A stretch of DNA of 64,000 nt from Rhodospirillaceae bacterium (lineage in GTDB: Bacteria > Pseudomonadota > Alphaproteobacteria > UBA7887): assembly GCA_002728255.1 (NCBI GenBank), contig PBWV01000047.1:27368-91367 (forward strand), read 5' to 3'. Of the stretch, positions 51,884 through 62,110 are shown in pieces (position 1 is the stretch's first letter; each line of letters begins with the position of its first letter). Made by a program: the position numbers and the translations under genes. The notes under the pieces were generated by a model. That model was not told the origin of the DNA, made no database searches, and was given only the letters and a program-made list of their open reading frames with translations.

Positions 51884-53158
51884 ATGACTACCATCACACA
51901 AGTTAACGCTCGACAAATTCTGGATTGTCGAGGAAATCCAACGGTAGAAGCAGAAATCCGAGTAGAGAGCGGGGAAATAGCAAGGGGTTCGGCCCCTTCT
52001 GGGGCATCTACCGGAAGCTATGAAGCTATAGAATTAAGAGATGGTGAACAAATTTTTTTTCGTGGGATGGGAGTGCAAAATGCAGTCAACGCTATAAATG
52101 GAGAAATAGCGGATACATTAGTTGGAAGAGATGCGCTGGAGCAAAACCGCTTGGATAGGGTCCTTATAGATTTAGATGGTACACCCAATAAAGGGCGCTT
52201 GGGAGCAAATGCAATCCTTGCCGTGAGTATAGCGATTGCTAAAGTTGCAGCCAATGCCTGCAAACAACCACTCTATCGTTACCTCGGAGGCGTTAAGGCG
52301 CGAAAGTTACCCGTACCTATGATGAATATTATAAATGGTGGTATGCATGCTAACAATTCTCTCGATATTCAAGAATTTATGATAGTGCCAACTGGGGCTC
52401 CTTCTTTCTCTGAAGCTCTTAGATGGGGTGTAGAGGTTTTTCAATCGCTGAAGAGTGACCTAGAGAGCAAAGGTTATAGTACTGCTGTTGGCGATGAAGG
52501 AGGCTTCGCTCCAAAACTTAAAAATAATTCAGAAAGTCTGGACCTGATAATGGAGGCTATTATACGAGCTGGCCTTAAACCAGGTTCAGATGTTGGATTG
52601 GCTCTTGATGTGGCTGCGACGGAGTTAATTGTTAATGGTAAGTACCAGTTGAGTGGTGAGGGTGCCGAATTTACACAAGACCAATTTATTGATTATCAAG
52701 AGACTCTATGTCGCACATTCCCAATTATTTCGATTGAGGACCCATTGGGAGAAGATGATTGGGAAGGTTGGTCTAAAATAACTGGCCGGCTAGGTGATAA
52801 AGTTCAGATAGTCGGCGATGATCTATTTGTAACAAATACGAATCGTATAAAGGAAGGGATTGATAAACAAGCAGCAAATGCCGTGCTTATCAAAATGAAT
52901 CAGATTGGCACAATTACTGAGACCTTGGAAGCAGTCGAAATGGCTCAAACCGCTCAAATGCAGGCTATCGTGTCTCACCGGTCAGGCGAAACCGAGGATA
53001 CTACTATTGCAGACCTCGCCGTAGCAACTAACAGTGGCCAAATAAAGACCGGCTCGGTTAGTCGAACAGACCGCGTTGCCAAATATAATCAACTTTTGCG
53101 GATTGAGGAAGAATTGGATATGTGTGGACACTATGCAGGTATCAACGCCACAGTGTAG
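51884..53158 (+). CDS. eno: Enolase
   Basis: [46 protein letters not shown]. Confidence 0.97.
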   Translation: MTTITQVNARQILDCRGNPTVEAEIRVESGEIARGSAPSGASTGSYEAIELRDGEQIFFRGMGVQNAVNAINGEIADTLVGRDALEQNRLDRVLIDLDGTPNKGRLGANAILAVSIAIAKVAANACKQPLYRYLGGVKARKLPVPMMNIINGGMHANNSLDIQEFMIVPTGAPSFSEALRWGVEVFQSLKSDLESKGYSTAVGDEGGFAPKLKNNSESLDLIMEAIIRAGLKPGSDVGLALDVAATELIVNGKYQLSGEGAEFTQDQFIDYQETLCRTFPIISIEDPLGEDDWEGWSKITGRLGDKVQIVGDDLFVTNTNRIKEGIDKQAANAVLIKMNQIGTITETLEAVEMAQTAQMQAIVSHRSGETEDTTIADLAVATNSGQIKTGSVSRTDRVAKYNQLLRIEEELDMCGHYAGINATV

Positions 53159-53200
53159 GAAAAAATTAAGGGACAATCGTTAAGAATAACCGATTAAGCG

Positions 53201-53506
53201 ATGCGAAAAATAATATCGAAATACTTATTGGGATCTTTGCGTGCAATAGCCTTAGGGGGTATAGGTGTATATTTGGGTTATCATCTTATACAGGGTGAAA
53301 ATGGTGCTATTGCCTACCTATTAGTGTCAAAGGAAATTCAGGATACAGCCAAGATTCTAGCTTTGAAAACGGAAAAACGTCAACAATTAGAACATCGAGT
53401 GTCTCTCTTGAGGCCAGATACAGTTGATTTAGACATGCTAACGGAGCGCTCCCGTAGAGTCCTGAACTACGGGAGATATGACGAGGTGGTGGTATTTTAT
53501 GAGTGA
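53201..53506 (+). CDS. ftsB: Septum formation initiator FtsB/DivIC
   Basis: Single TM segment, G..G, coiled coil, L.PD.VDLDML.E..R..L; follows eno. Confidence 0.85.
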   Translation: MRKIISKYLLGSLRAIALGGIGVYLGYHLIQGENGAIAYLLVSKEIQDTAKILALKTEKRQQLEHRVSLLRPDTVDLDMLTERSRRVLNYGRYDEVVVFYE

Positions 53507-53614
53507 CTTAGCCTGAACTGAAGTATTCTCAATTAACGATATTCGATTGAACAGAACCTTATGATACAATCTGTGCGAAAGAATAAACGTAAGTTTTCTG
53601 GAATCTTCAGATGC

Positions 53615-53643
53615 TTGCCCGTGCTATATAACAGTTTTAGAAT
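53615..53643 (+). promoter_or_regulatory. Putative sigma70 promoter of the pdh operon
   Basis: TTGCCC (53615-20), 17-nt spacer, TAGAAT (53638-43). Confidence 0.55.
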
Positions 53644-53688
53644 TTTGTCTGTGCCTACTGGCGAAGGCTATTAAGCGATAAGGAACAG

Positions 53689-54720
53689 ATGGCCACCAAG
53701 AACCCCCTTCCCAAGGATACCCAAAACAGCGCCGGCTTGATTGCAGGCAATGATGACCTGGTCAAGTACTATAGGCAAATGTTGTTAATTCGCCGATTTG
53801 AAGAACGAGTAGGGCAACTCTATGGAATGGGTCTAATAGGTGGATTTTTGCATTTGTATGTTGGCCAGGAAGCCGTAGTAGTAGGAGTTGAAAATGCGAT
53901 AACTCGTCAAGACCCTATGATAACCAGCTATCGATGTCATGGGCATATGCTTGCAAGGGGAGAAAAAATAGAAAGAGTCTTGTCCGAGTTAGCTGGAAAG
54001 ATCTTGGGGAGTTCTAAAGGTAAAGGTGGTTCCATGCATATGTTCTCACCGGAAAACGGGTTTTATGGAGGTCATGGTATTGTTGGGGCTCAAGTGCCTA
54101 TTGGGACCGGTATCGCACTATCATTAAAATATCGTAGTCTTTCAAATATTTGCTTCACTTTCCTTGGCGACGGGGCAGCCAATCAGGGCCAAGTTTATGA
54201 GAGCTACAATATGGCTGCATTATGGAATCTCCCGATTGTCTATGTCATCGAGAATAACCAATATGGTATGGGCACCTCTACCGCCCGTGCAACCGCCCAG
54301 ACAGAGTTTTTTCGGCATGGAGAGGGATTGGGAATACCTGGAATCAAATGCGACGGCATGAATGTCCTAGCCGTGAGAGATTCCGCCCTTGAGGCGGCCT
54401 CCTTTGTGCGCGCGGGCAATGGTCCAATGATTGTTGAGATGAATACTTATAGATATCGGGGACATTCCATTTCAGACCCGGCAAAATATAGGCCTAAGGA
54501 GGAAGTTAAAGAGGTCAGGGAAAAACGCGATCCAATAACTCAGCTCGAACAAGTGATAAGTGAAAAAGGCATCTTAAAGATGGAGAATCTAAAAGAGATC
54601 GACCAAAAAATTAGGTCAGATGTACAAAATGCAGCGGAATCAGCTCAGCAGGCAGAGCAACCAAGTCCGTCTGAATTGTACACTGATGTCTATGCCGCGA
54701 GGGCCAGCACAGATGACTGA
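53689..54720 (+). CDS. pdhA: Pyruvate dehydrogenase E1 alpha
   Basis: IRRFEE, GQEA, GKGGSMH, TPP motif [23 protein letters not shown]. Confidence 0.95.
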   Translation: MATKNPLPKDTQNSAGLIAGNDDLVKYYRQMLLIRRFEERVGQLYGMGLIGGFLHLYVGQEAVVVGVENAITRQDPMITSYRCHGHMLARGEKIERVLSELAGKILGSSKGKGGSMHMFSPENGFYGGHGIVGAQVPIGTGIALSLKYRSLSNICFTFLGDGAANQGQVYESYNMAALWNLPIVYVIENNQYGMGTSTARATAQTEFFRHGEGLGIPGIKCDGMNVLAVRDSALEAASFVRAGNGPMIVEMNTYRYRGHSISDPAKYRPKEEVKEVREKRDPITQLEQVISEKGILKMENLKEIDQKIRSDVQNAAESAQQAEQPSPSELYTDVYAARASTDD

Positions 54721-55687
54721 TATTAGTGTAAGACAAGCACTTAATGAAGCTATGGCTGAGGAAATGAGACGGGATGATGACGTATTCCTGATGGGCGAAG
54801 AAGTTGGAGAGTACGATGGCGCATATAAAGTTACACAGGGATTACTCAGCGAATTTGGCCCCCGGAGGGTTATCGATACCCCAATAACTGAAGCTGGCTT
54901 TGCTGGGGTGGGGGTAGGTGCCGCCTTCATGGGGCTAAAGCCAATAGTTGAGTTTATGACGTTTAATTTCGCATTACAGGCGATGGATCACCTAGTTAAT
55001 TCCGCGGCAAAGACCCGCTATATGTCAGGTGGACGGGTGACTTGCCCGATTGTTTTTAGAGGACCTAACGGTTCCGCGGCCCGTGTGGCAGCTCAACACT
55101 CACAGGATTTTTCGAGTTGGTTTGCCCAGGTTCCCGGCCTAAAAGTTGTGGCCCCGTACTCAGCGTCTGACGCTAAGGGCCTTCTTAAAGCTGCAATCAG
55201 AGATCCAGACCCGGTGATATTTTTAGAAAATGAGCTATTGTACGGCAAAACATTTGAGTTAGAGGAAGAGAACACTGACCCGGAAGCAATAGGGGTGGCA
55301 AAAGTTCTCCATCCCGGCTCTGATGCCTCTATAATATCCTTCTCCCGAGGTGTAGAATGGAGTTTGGAGGCCGCGAATACTCTAGACCAAAGCGGCACCT
55401 CATGTGAGGTTATTGATCTACGGAGCTTGCGACCCCTTGATATGAAAACAATTATTAAATCGGTTAAGAAAACCAATCGTCTGCTTGTAGTTGATGAGGG
55501 GTGGCCCTCAATGAGTATTGCAGCAGAGATCGCCTTTCAGGTGCAGAACGAGGCTTTTGACTACCTTGATGCTCCTATTATGAGAGTAACTTCCAAAGAC
55601 GTTCCTTTGCCGTATGCCGCGAACTTGGAGGGAATGGCCATACCAAGTGTAGATAAAATTATTAGCGCTATTGAAAGTATGCAATGA
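54713..55687 (+). CDS. pdhB: Pyruvate dehydrogenase E1 beta (no lipoyl domain)
   Basis: [41 protein letters not shown]; start ATG 54713 overlaps the pdhA end. Confidence 0.95.
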   Translation: MTDISVRQALNEAMAEEMRRDDDVFLMGEEVGEYDGAYKVTQGLLSEFGPRRVIDTPITEAGFAGVGVGAAFMGLKPIVEFMTFNFALQAMDHLVNSAAKTRYMSGGRVTCPIVFRGPNGSAARVAAQHSQDFSSWFAQVPGLKVVAPYSASDAKGLLKAAIRDPDPVIFLENELLYGKTFELEEENTDPEAIGVAKVLHPGSDASIISFSRGVEWSLEAANTLDQSGTSCEVIDLRSLRPLDMKTIIKSVKKTNRLLVVDEGWPSMSIAAEIAFQVQNEAFDYLDAPIMRVTSKDVPLPYAANLEGMAIPSVDKIISAIESMQ

Positions 55688-55750
55688 ATAACATTAACAA
55701 AAATACTTCCAAAATCACCGAATGGACTTGTTCCATTGGGAGTCACAATC

Positions 55751-57013
55751 ATGGCAGTTGAAGTATTATTACCAGCTTTATCCCCTACCATGACAGAGGG
55801 GACCTTGGCTAAATGGCTGAAAAAGGAGGGAGAAACCATTAGGGCGGGAGACGTACTAGCAGAAGTTGAAACTGACAAAGCAACCATGGAGATAGAAGCG
55901 ATCGACGATGGGACCCTGGAAAAAATATTGATCCCCGAGGGAACGGACGGCATTCCGATAAATACTCCTATTGGGATCATCGCAGAAGAAGGTGTGGTGA
56001 ACGAAGTAAAGAATAGTCCTTTAATAAGTGCCCTAACTGAGACTAAGCTTACTCAACCCCCTCTAGCCGGCAAAACAGAAGAAAGTGTTAAGGACGAGCA
56101 AACCCATCACAATGTAAATTCTGAAGGGCGAATTCTGGCCAGCCCACTAGCAAAAAAGATGGCTCTCCAGGAAAATCTAGACCTCTCTACTATTAGAGGA
56201 ACAGGTCCAAAAGGCCGTATTGTAAAAGGGGATGTTCTTGAAGCCGTGAATAAAAGTTTTCAACAGCCAAATTTCTCTGAGAAGAAACCCAAAGGCACCA
56301 TGGCGAAGTCTCAGGAATCTGTAGTTCTGGATAACCCGTTCCATACGGCCAGTAATACCAGTATGCGAAGGGTAATAGCTCAGAGGCTTAGCGAATCGAA
56401 GTCTACAATTCCCCACTTTTATATGACAATAGGAGTGGAGATAGACAAATTACTTGATATTCGAACTCAACTTAATAATGAGGAAGAACTCTCTCTCTCC
56501 ATAAACGATTTTTTTATCCGTGCCACCGCTTTGGCTCTCAAATCATTACCCACAGCTAACGCCAGTTGGGGCCTGGAAGAAACAATCTATTACGAGAGGG
56601 TGGACGTGGCGGTAGCAGTCGCAGTCCCAGGAGGTTTGCTGACTCCTGTGGTGAAAGACGCTGGAAATAAAGGGTTGGCCTCAATTTCTGCAGAGATGAA
56701 AGAGCTTGCTAAGAAAGCAAGGGCTGGGGAATTGTTACCGGAGCAATATCAAGGAGGTACATTTTCAATATCAAACCTTGGAATGTATGGTGTCAGAGAA
56801 TTTTCCGCCGTGATTAATCCCCCACAAGCCGGCATTTTAGCGATCGGCGCATCAACAGAAAAACCAGTCGTTAAAAATTCTGCAATAGCAATAGCAACCT
56901 GTGTCGATTGCACTCTTTCATGTGATCATAGGGTTATCAACGGCGCCACCGGCGCTGAATTATTAGGTGCCATTAAGGGCTTTATCGAAAACCCGTTAAC
57001 TTTGATGCTCTAG
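55751..57013 (+). CDS. pdhC: Pyruvate dehydrogenase E2 dihydrolipoamide acetyltransferase
   Basis: LPALSPTMTEG, lipoyl site ETDKA, subunit-binding domain ASPLA..GTGP.GRI, catalytic DHRV; GGGAG SD before ATG 55751. Confidence 0.95.
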   Translation: MAVEVLLPALSPTMTEGTLAKWLKKEGETIRAGDVLAEVETDKATMEIEAIDDGTLEKILIPEGTDGIPINTPIGIIAEEGVVNEVKNSPLISALTETKLTQPPLAGKTEESVKDEQTHHNVNSEGRILASPLAKKMALQENLDLSTIRGTGPKGRIVKGDVLEAVNKSFQQPNFSEKKPKGTMAKSQESVVLDNPFHTASNTSMRRVIAQRLSESKSTIPHFYMTIGVEIDKLLDIRTQLNNEEELSLSINDFFIRATALALKSLPTANASWGLEETIYYERVDVAVAVAVPGGLLTPVVKDAGNKGLASISAEMKELAKKARAGELLPEQYQGGTFSISNLGMYGVREFSAVINPPQAGILAIGASTEKPVVKNSAIAIATCVDCTLSCDHRVINGATGAELLGAIKGFIENPLTLML

Positions 57014-58414
57014 ATGAGTATTGAGAAATTTGACATTGTTATTATTGGAGGCGGCCCTGGGGGATATGTGGCCGCTATTCGCGCCGCTCAGTTGGGGTTG
57101 AAAACTGCGGTTATAGAGAAAGAACACCTGGGCGGAATTTGTTTGAACTGGGGCTGTATTCCTAGCAAAGCATTGTTACGAAGTGCAGAGATTAACAACT
57201 TAATGTCCCGATTGGGTGAGTTTGGGTTTTCTGCTGATAATGTCAATTTTGATGCGGGGAGCGTTGTCGATCGGTCGCGACTGGTAGCAAATAAACTAAG
57301 TAAAGGAGTTAAATACCTCCTACAAAAAAATAAAGTTACGATATTCATGGGGGTTGGAAGAATTTCTGCACCTGGGATAGTCGAGGTAGCCAATGAAAAG
57401 GAAAATTTTTCAATAAGTGCAAAAGACATTGTCATTTCAACAGGTGCACACCCCAAATTATTATCGTCTGCGCCTGAAAATGACCCAAATATTTGGACAT
57501 ATAAGAAAGCAATGGTTCCAGAGGCTATTCCAGCATCCCTAGTTGTTATCGGATCTGGGGCTATCGGCGTTGAATTTGCTAGTTTCTACAGAGACATGGG
57601 TAGTTCAGTGACCCTGATCGAATCTCTTAGCTCTATCCTTCCTGCCGAAGACAACGAAATCTCAGCTTTCGTTGCAGAGAAATTTGCAAAAGGTGGCATT
57701 ACAATTCACACTTCGTCTACTGTAAAGTCTATTGGAAGTACTGGTGGTGTGTTGTCGATACTGATAGAAAAAAACGATGGCACAGAAATTTGCATCGAGG
57801 CGGAGAAATCTATCGTGGCGATTGGAATAGCAGCAAATATTGATGGTCTGGGTTTGGAAAACACAAAGATACAAACAATTGAAGGACATATCAAAGTTAA
57901 CCATTGGATGGAAACATCTGAAAGTCATATATATGCTATTGGTGATGTAGTCGGCCCACCATGGCTAGCGCATAAGGCCAGCCATGAAGCAGTTGTATGT
58001 GTTGAAAAAATAGCAGGATTGCCAGATATCAGGCAGCTGGATTATAACCAAATTCCGGGGTGTACCTATTCCCGGCCGCAAGTTGCTAGCATCGGTTTAA
58101 CGGAACAAAAAGCAACAGAGGCTAATAAAGAGCTAAAAATTGGTCGGTTCCCCTTCCGAGGCAACGGGAAGGCTGTGGCTTTAGGGGAGCCTGAGGGCTT
58201 AATTAAAACAATATTTGATGCAGTAACTGGGGAGTTACTTGGGGCTCACATGGTTGGCCCTGAGGTTACTGAGTTGGTCCACGGCTTTGTCATCGCAATG
58301 GGGCTGGAATGTACAGAGGAAGACTTAATGCATACCATATTTCCTCATCCGACTCTCTCTGAGATTATGCACGAATCCGTGCTCGATGCCTATGATAAAG
58401 CCCTTCATATTTAG
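57014..58414 (+). CDS. lpdA: Dihydrolipoyl dehydrogenase E3
   Basis: [36 protein letters not shown]. Confidence 0.96.
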   Translation: MSIEKFDIVIIGGGPGGYVAAIRAAQLGLKTAVIEKEHLGGICLNWGCIPSKALLRSAEINNLMSRLGEFGFSADNVNFDAGSVVDRSRLVANKLSKGVKYLLQKNKVTIFMGVGRISAPGIVEVANEKENFSISAKDIVISTGAHPKLLSSAPENDPNIWTYKKAMVPEAIPASLVVIGSGAIGVEFASFYRDMGSSVTLIESLSSILPAEDNEISAFVAEKFAKGGITIHTSSTVKSIGSTGGVLSILIEKNDGTEICIEAEKSIVAIGIAANIDGLGLENTKIQTIEGHIKVNHWMETSESHIYAIGDVVGPPWLAHKASHEAVVCVEKIAGLPDIRQLDYNQIPGCTYSRPQVASIGLTEQKATEANKELKIGRFPFRGNGKAVALGEPEGLIKTIFDAVTGELLGAHMVGPEVTELVHGFVIAMGLECTEEDLMHTIFPHPTLSEIMHESVLDAYDKALHI

Positions 58415-58421
58415 TAAAAAT

Positions 58422-59303
58422 ATGCGGGCGGAAAACAAAAAACCAAACTGGATAAAGGTAAAGGCACCAACTACTAGCGAATACGTCAAAACTAAACAGC
58501 TGGTCAGGAAATTTAATTTGAATACCGTCTGTGAAGAAGCTGCGTGTCCAAATATTGGGGAGTGTTGGTCAAATAATCATGCTACAGTCATGATACTGGG
58601 TGATGTCTGTACTCGGAAATGCAGCTTTTGTAATATTGCTACGGGAAAACCCCAAGTCATCGATACTGATGAACCTAGTCGGGTTGCCTTAGTAGCAAAA
58701 AGGCTTGGCTTAAAGCATATAGTGATTACATCAGTGGATCGTGATGACTTGCCTGATGGCGGTGCCTATCACTTTAAGCAAACTATTCTAGCTACAAAAC
58801 AAAAATGTCCGACTACTACAATAGAAGTCTTAACCCCAGATTTTCGGCGAAAAGTAGGAGCTATTCAAACTGTCTTGAGCGCACAACCTGATGTATTCAA
58901 CCATAATCTCGAAACCGTTCCTTCCTTGTATAAGAAAGTAAGGCCGGGAGCTGATTATCAACACTCACTTAGCTTATTAAAATCTGCAAAAGAGATAAAC
59001 ACGAATATTTTTACCAAATCGGGGCTTATGGTCGGCTTAGGGGAATCAATAAATGAACTGGCACAGGTAATGGATGATATGCGTCAACATTGTGTAGACT
59101 TTATTACAATCGGCCAATACCTGCGACCTTCTTTGAAACACCGAAAAGTTTATAGGTATGTATCTCCTTCCGAATTTAAAGTTTACGAATCCATGGCTTA
59201 CAGCAAGGGGTTTCTCATGGTTTCTGCCTCGCCACTGACGCGCTCCTCATATCATGCAGACGATGATTTTATTTCTCTCCAAGCGGCCCGCAGAAAGTGT
59301 TAA
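58422..59303 (+). CDS. lipA: Lipoyl synthase
   Basis: [20 protein letters not shown] radical-SAM motif, [16 protein letters not shown] 58422 chosen to avoid overlap with lpdA. Confidence 0.96.
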   Translation: MRAENKKPNWIKVKAPTTSEYVKTKQLVRKFNLNTVCEEAACPNIGECWSNNHATVMILGDVCTRKCSFCNIATGKPQVIDTDEPSRVALVAKRLGLKHIVITSVDRDDLPDGGAYHFKQTILATKQKCPTTTIEVLTPDFRRKVGAIQTVLSAQPDVFNHNLETVPSLYKKVRPGADYQHSLSLLKSAKEINTNIFTKSGLMVGLGESINELAQVMDDMRQHCVDFITIGQYLRPSLKHRKVYRYVSPSEFKVYESMAYSKGFLMVSASPLTRSSYHADDDFISLQAARRKC

Positions 59304-59308
59304 CAATT

Positions 59309-59776
59309 GTGCCCAAGCACCGCCAAATTAAAACTGTTGGTTACACTCAGGATCAGATGTTCGACCTCGTTCTTGATGTCCAATCGTATCCTGAGTTTTT
59401 GCCTTGGTGTTTGTCTTCCTGTGTAACAAATATTGAAGATACATCATTTGAAGCGGAATTATTGATTGGTTTTAAGTTACTCAAGGAGCGTTTTGGATCG
59501 TGCGTGAGATTTGAACGACCATATTCAATACAAGTAACTCCAACATATGGGCCATTTCGGAGAATGCATAACGTATGGTCCTTTGAAACTAATGATCATG
59601 ATTCTTGTAGGATTATCTTCTGTGTCGATTTTGAGTTTAAGTCTATATTCTTAAACAAGGTCATGGGGGTTTTGTTTTATGAGGCCGTACAAAAGATGGT
59701 GAATTGCTTTGAAGCACGGGCCAGAAAAAAATATGGTCCTCCACTGGAAGTTTCAATTCCAACGGAACTAGATTAA
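59309..59776 (+). CDS. Coq10/RatA(PasT)-family START-domain protein
   Basis: MFDLV.DV..YPEFLPWC, GPF....N.W.F, FEARA; GTG start giving MPKH; follows lipA. Confidence 0.88.
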   Translation: MPKHRQIKTVGYTQDQMFDLVLDVQSYPEFLPWCLSSCVTNIEDTSFEAELLIGFKLLKERFGSCVRFERPYSIQVTPTYGPFRRMHNVWSFETNDHDSCRIIFCVDFEFKSIFLNKVMGVLFYEAVQKMVNCFEARARKKYGPPLEVSIPTELD

Positions 59777-59798
59777 ACAGTTCTATCCGTGCATAAGT

Positions 59799-60296
59799 TT
59801 ATAATTTTTGCACCGATTTAAGGAGGAAATCGATGGCCATATCCACACTATCCAATTGAATTTGTGACCGATTCCCTTTGAATTGGCGTGATATAAATTT
59901 TGTAGGCTTATTGGCCCAGGCAACTCCAAAATATACTAGCCCTACCGGTTTCTCTTTAGTTCCACCCCCAGGCCCAGCTATACCGGTGATAGCAACTGAA
60001 ATATCCGCTCTAGTGCGAGTGAGGGCACCCTCAGCCATGGCACACACAACTTCCTTGCTAACAGCTCCATGTGAAATTATGAGAGGAGTAGGGACGCCGA
60101 GTAAGGCCTGCTTAGCCTGGTTTGAATAGGACACTATCCCACCCTCAACTACTTCGGACGCCCCAGGAATTGCAGTAAGGCAAGAACTCACTAAGCCCCC
60201 AGTGCAAGATTCCGCTGTAACCAGACACAAACCGAGCTCTTGGAACTGACTTAAAAGCAACTCTGCCTTTTGTCTTAAAGTATTGTTAAACAGCAC
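59799..60296 (-). CDS. cinA: CinA C-terminal domain protein / NMN deamidase (PncC-like)
   Basis: TAESCTGG, YSN.AK, GAVS.EV..AMAEG, ITGIAGPGGG...KPVG.V. Confidence 0.9.
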   Translation of the reverse strand: MLFNNTLRQKAELLLSQFQELGLCLVTAESCTGGLVSSCLTAIPGASEVVEGGIVSYSNQAKQALLGVPTPLIISHGAVSKEVVCAMAEGALTRTRADISVAITGIAGPGGGTKEKPVGLVYFGVAWANKPTKFISRQFKGNRSQIQLDSVDMAIDFLLKSVQKL

Positions 60297-60299
60297 TGC

Positions 60300-60782
60300 T
60301 CATCCCATTAACTCTAAAATTATGAGAAGTGTAACTGCACCATAAAGACCGGCAATTACATCGTCCAACATTACACCAAGCGCTCCCTTCATTTTGTTAT
60401 CAATTAGGTGAATTGGCCAAGGTTTGTATATATCAAATAGTCGAAATAGTATAAAGGCCAGCAAGTATGAGACTGGAGTAATAGGAGCCACAGCAAGGAC
60501 TAGACCTTGTCCTATCACTTCATCCAAAACTATAATTTTAGGGTCTTTTTCTTTTAGTTTTTGCAGCGCCCAGTGGGATGACCAGATGCCAAGCACCAAT
60601 AGAAAACATAGAATTATTAGAAAAGTGTATGTGCCGAAGAGGGTGAGAACAATCCAGGCAAAAGGAATTGCAGCGAGTGAACCACAGGTCCCTGGAGCGA
60701 CAGAAGAAAAACCACTGTAGAACCATGTCAGTAATATTGTTACAGGATGCCAGCGCGGTAATGATGGCTGATTACTGCTCAT
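60300..60782 (-). CDS. pgpA: Phosphatidylglycerophosphatase A
   Basis: APGT.GSL, DP..IVLDEV.G, FRLFDI.KPWPI, GVMLDD..AG. Confidence 0.93.
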   Translation of the reverse strand: MSSNQPSLPRWHPVTILLTWFYSGFSSVAPGTCGSLAAIPFAWIVLTLFGTYTFLIILCFLLVLGIWSSHWALQKLKEKDPKIIVLDEVIGQGLVLAVAPITPVSYLLAFILFRLFDIYKPWPIHLIDNKMKGALGVMLDDVIAGLYGAVTLLIILELMG

Positions 60783-61941
60783 TATCTACAACCATTGTAA
60801 CTGTTGCTTGGACAGCAATCCCCTCGCCTCGACCAGTAAACCCTAACCCATCAGTGGTAGTTCCTTTTATACTAATCCTTTTCTTAGATACGTTCACCAA
60901 TTGACTTAATTTATTGCGCATCGCATCCCTAAATTCCGAAATGCGCGGTTCATTGCAAATAACTGTCATGTCTATGTGATTAATTTTTACACTGTTTTCA
61001 TTTACCAGTTTCATAGTATATGAAAGAAACTCATCAGAAGCTCGATTTCGCCACTTTTCTTCGTTACTAGGGAAGTGTTGCCCAATATCCCCACCATCAA
61101 TACCGCTTAATAAGGCGTCAACTAAAGCATGAAGCGCCACATCTGCATCTGAATGGCCAATTAATCCATGAGAACAGGGTATCTTTATTCCGCAAAGTGT
61201 CACATGATCACCTAATCCAAATTTATGAGCATCAAATCCTGTCACTACATGAATTTGTAATCGCTCCTCTGCCATTATTTTCGAGGCCTTCTCAAAATCT
61301 CTAGGAATCGTAATTTTGATATTCTCCTCCAATCCTTCTATCACGTTAACTGTGATACCCGAGTGTTGAGCAACCCCCGCATCATCTCTGAAATTATGTT
61401 CAGAGACCAGCTGATATGCGGAGAAAATAGCATCAAATTGAAATGCTTGTGGGGTTTGTATTCGCCATAAGTTTGATAGATCTACTGCCTGCTCAACCAG
61501 GCCATTATCAACTTTCTTAACCGCATCAATTATTTGTATCCCCGGAACAACTGCCACTCTAGAAGTTAAACTTGAGATCAATTGATCTAGCAATGTTGGG
61601 GTGATAAAGGGACGAGCACCATCATGAATCAAAATAATTCCTGGAGCGAGCTCCTTCAAGCTTTGGACTCCATTACGGGCAGATTCATAACGGGTCTCCC
61701 CACCGTAAACTGGCTCCATTAATTGTAGACCAGCAGTCACATCGCGATAGAGTGGCTCATCATTTGGACGTATTACCACTTTAACATGATCTATTTTCTG
61801 GTGCCGACACAATGTTTCCAGCGACCAGCGCAGAAGCGGTTTACCCGCTAAATTACGGTACTGTTTGGGCAGGCCGACACCTGCTCGGGTTCCCTGGCCT
61901 CCCGCCAAAACTAGGGCTACTGTGGGTTGCTTTTCTTTCAT
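60772..61941 (-). CDS. ispDF: Bifunctional IspD/IspF
   Basis: IspD part: LAGG.GTR...PKQY, IHDGARP, QTPQ.F, N.KIT...D; IspF part: GFD.H, GHSDADV.LHA, GDIG.HFP, GFTGRGEG. Confidence 0.95.
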   Translation of the reverse strand: MKEKQPTVALVLAGGQGTRAGVGLPKQYRNLAGKPLLRWSLETLCRHQKIDHVKVVIRPNDEPLYRDVTAGLQLMEPVYGGETRYESARNGVQSLKELAPGIILIHDGARPFITPTLLDQLISSLTSRVAVVPGIQIIDAVKKVDNGLVEQAVDLSNLWRIQTPQAFQFDAIFSAYQLVSEHNFRDDAGVAQHSGITVNVIEGLEENIKITIPRDFEKASKIMAEERLQIHVVTGFDAHKFGLGDHVTLCGIKIPCSHGLIGHSDADVALHALVDALLSGIDGGDIGQHFPSNEEKWRNRASDEFLSYTMKLVNENSVKINHIDMTVICNEPRISEFRDAMRNKLSQLVNVSKKRISIKGTTTDGLGFTGRGEGIAVQATVTMVVDNEQ

Positions 61942-62051
61942 ATAAAGCTCTAAAGCCTGAATCCTAAGAGGTACTCTGTGCCTATTATCATATTTTCAAA
62001 TGAAAATCTTTATGGCTGATATTTTTTGAGTAATTTATAGGCTAAATAACA

Positions 62052-62080
62052 TTGCCGAGAGCGCGATAGAGGAGTAAAAA
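62052..62080 (+). promoter_or_regulatory. Putative sigma70 promoter of dusB-ntrB(C)
   Basis: TTGCCG (62052-57), 17-nt spacer, TAAAAA (62075-80). Confidence 0.5.
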
Positions 62081-62097
62081 TGCCTAAACATTAGGCA
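62081..62097. promoter_or_regulatory. NtrC-type palindromic operator
   Basis: TGCCTAA-ACA-TTAGGCA, a perfect 7-bp inverted repeat with the TGC-N11-GCA layout, just upstream of dusB-ntrB. Confidence 0.7.
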
Positions 62098-62110
62098 ATC
62101 GGTTTTCACT

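Noticed and set aside
54620..54712. Apparent N-terminal extension of PdhB, and similar extensions for birA, frr, skp, lexA, lipA, pdhC and nuoM
   Set aside because: Artefacts of taking the most upstream start codon. They overlap neighbouring genes or regulatory sites, and better starts exist downstream.
59297..59776. RatA often annotated as a toxin-antitoxin toxin
   Set aside because: No antitoxin partner is adjacent. The family is homologous to Coq10 (ubiquinone handling) and sits in its usual lipA-linked position.
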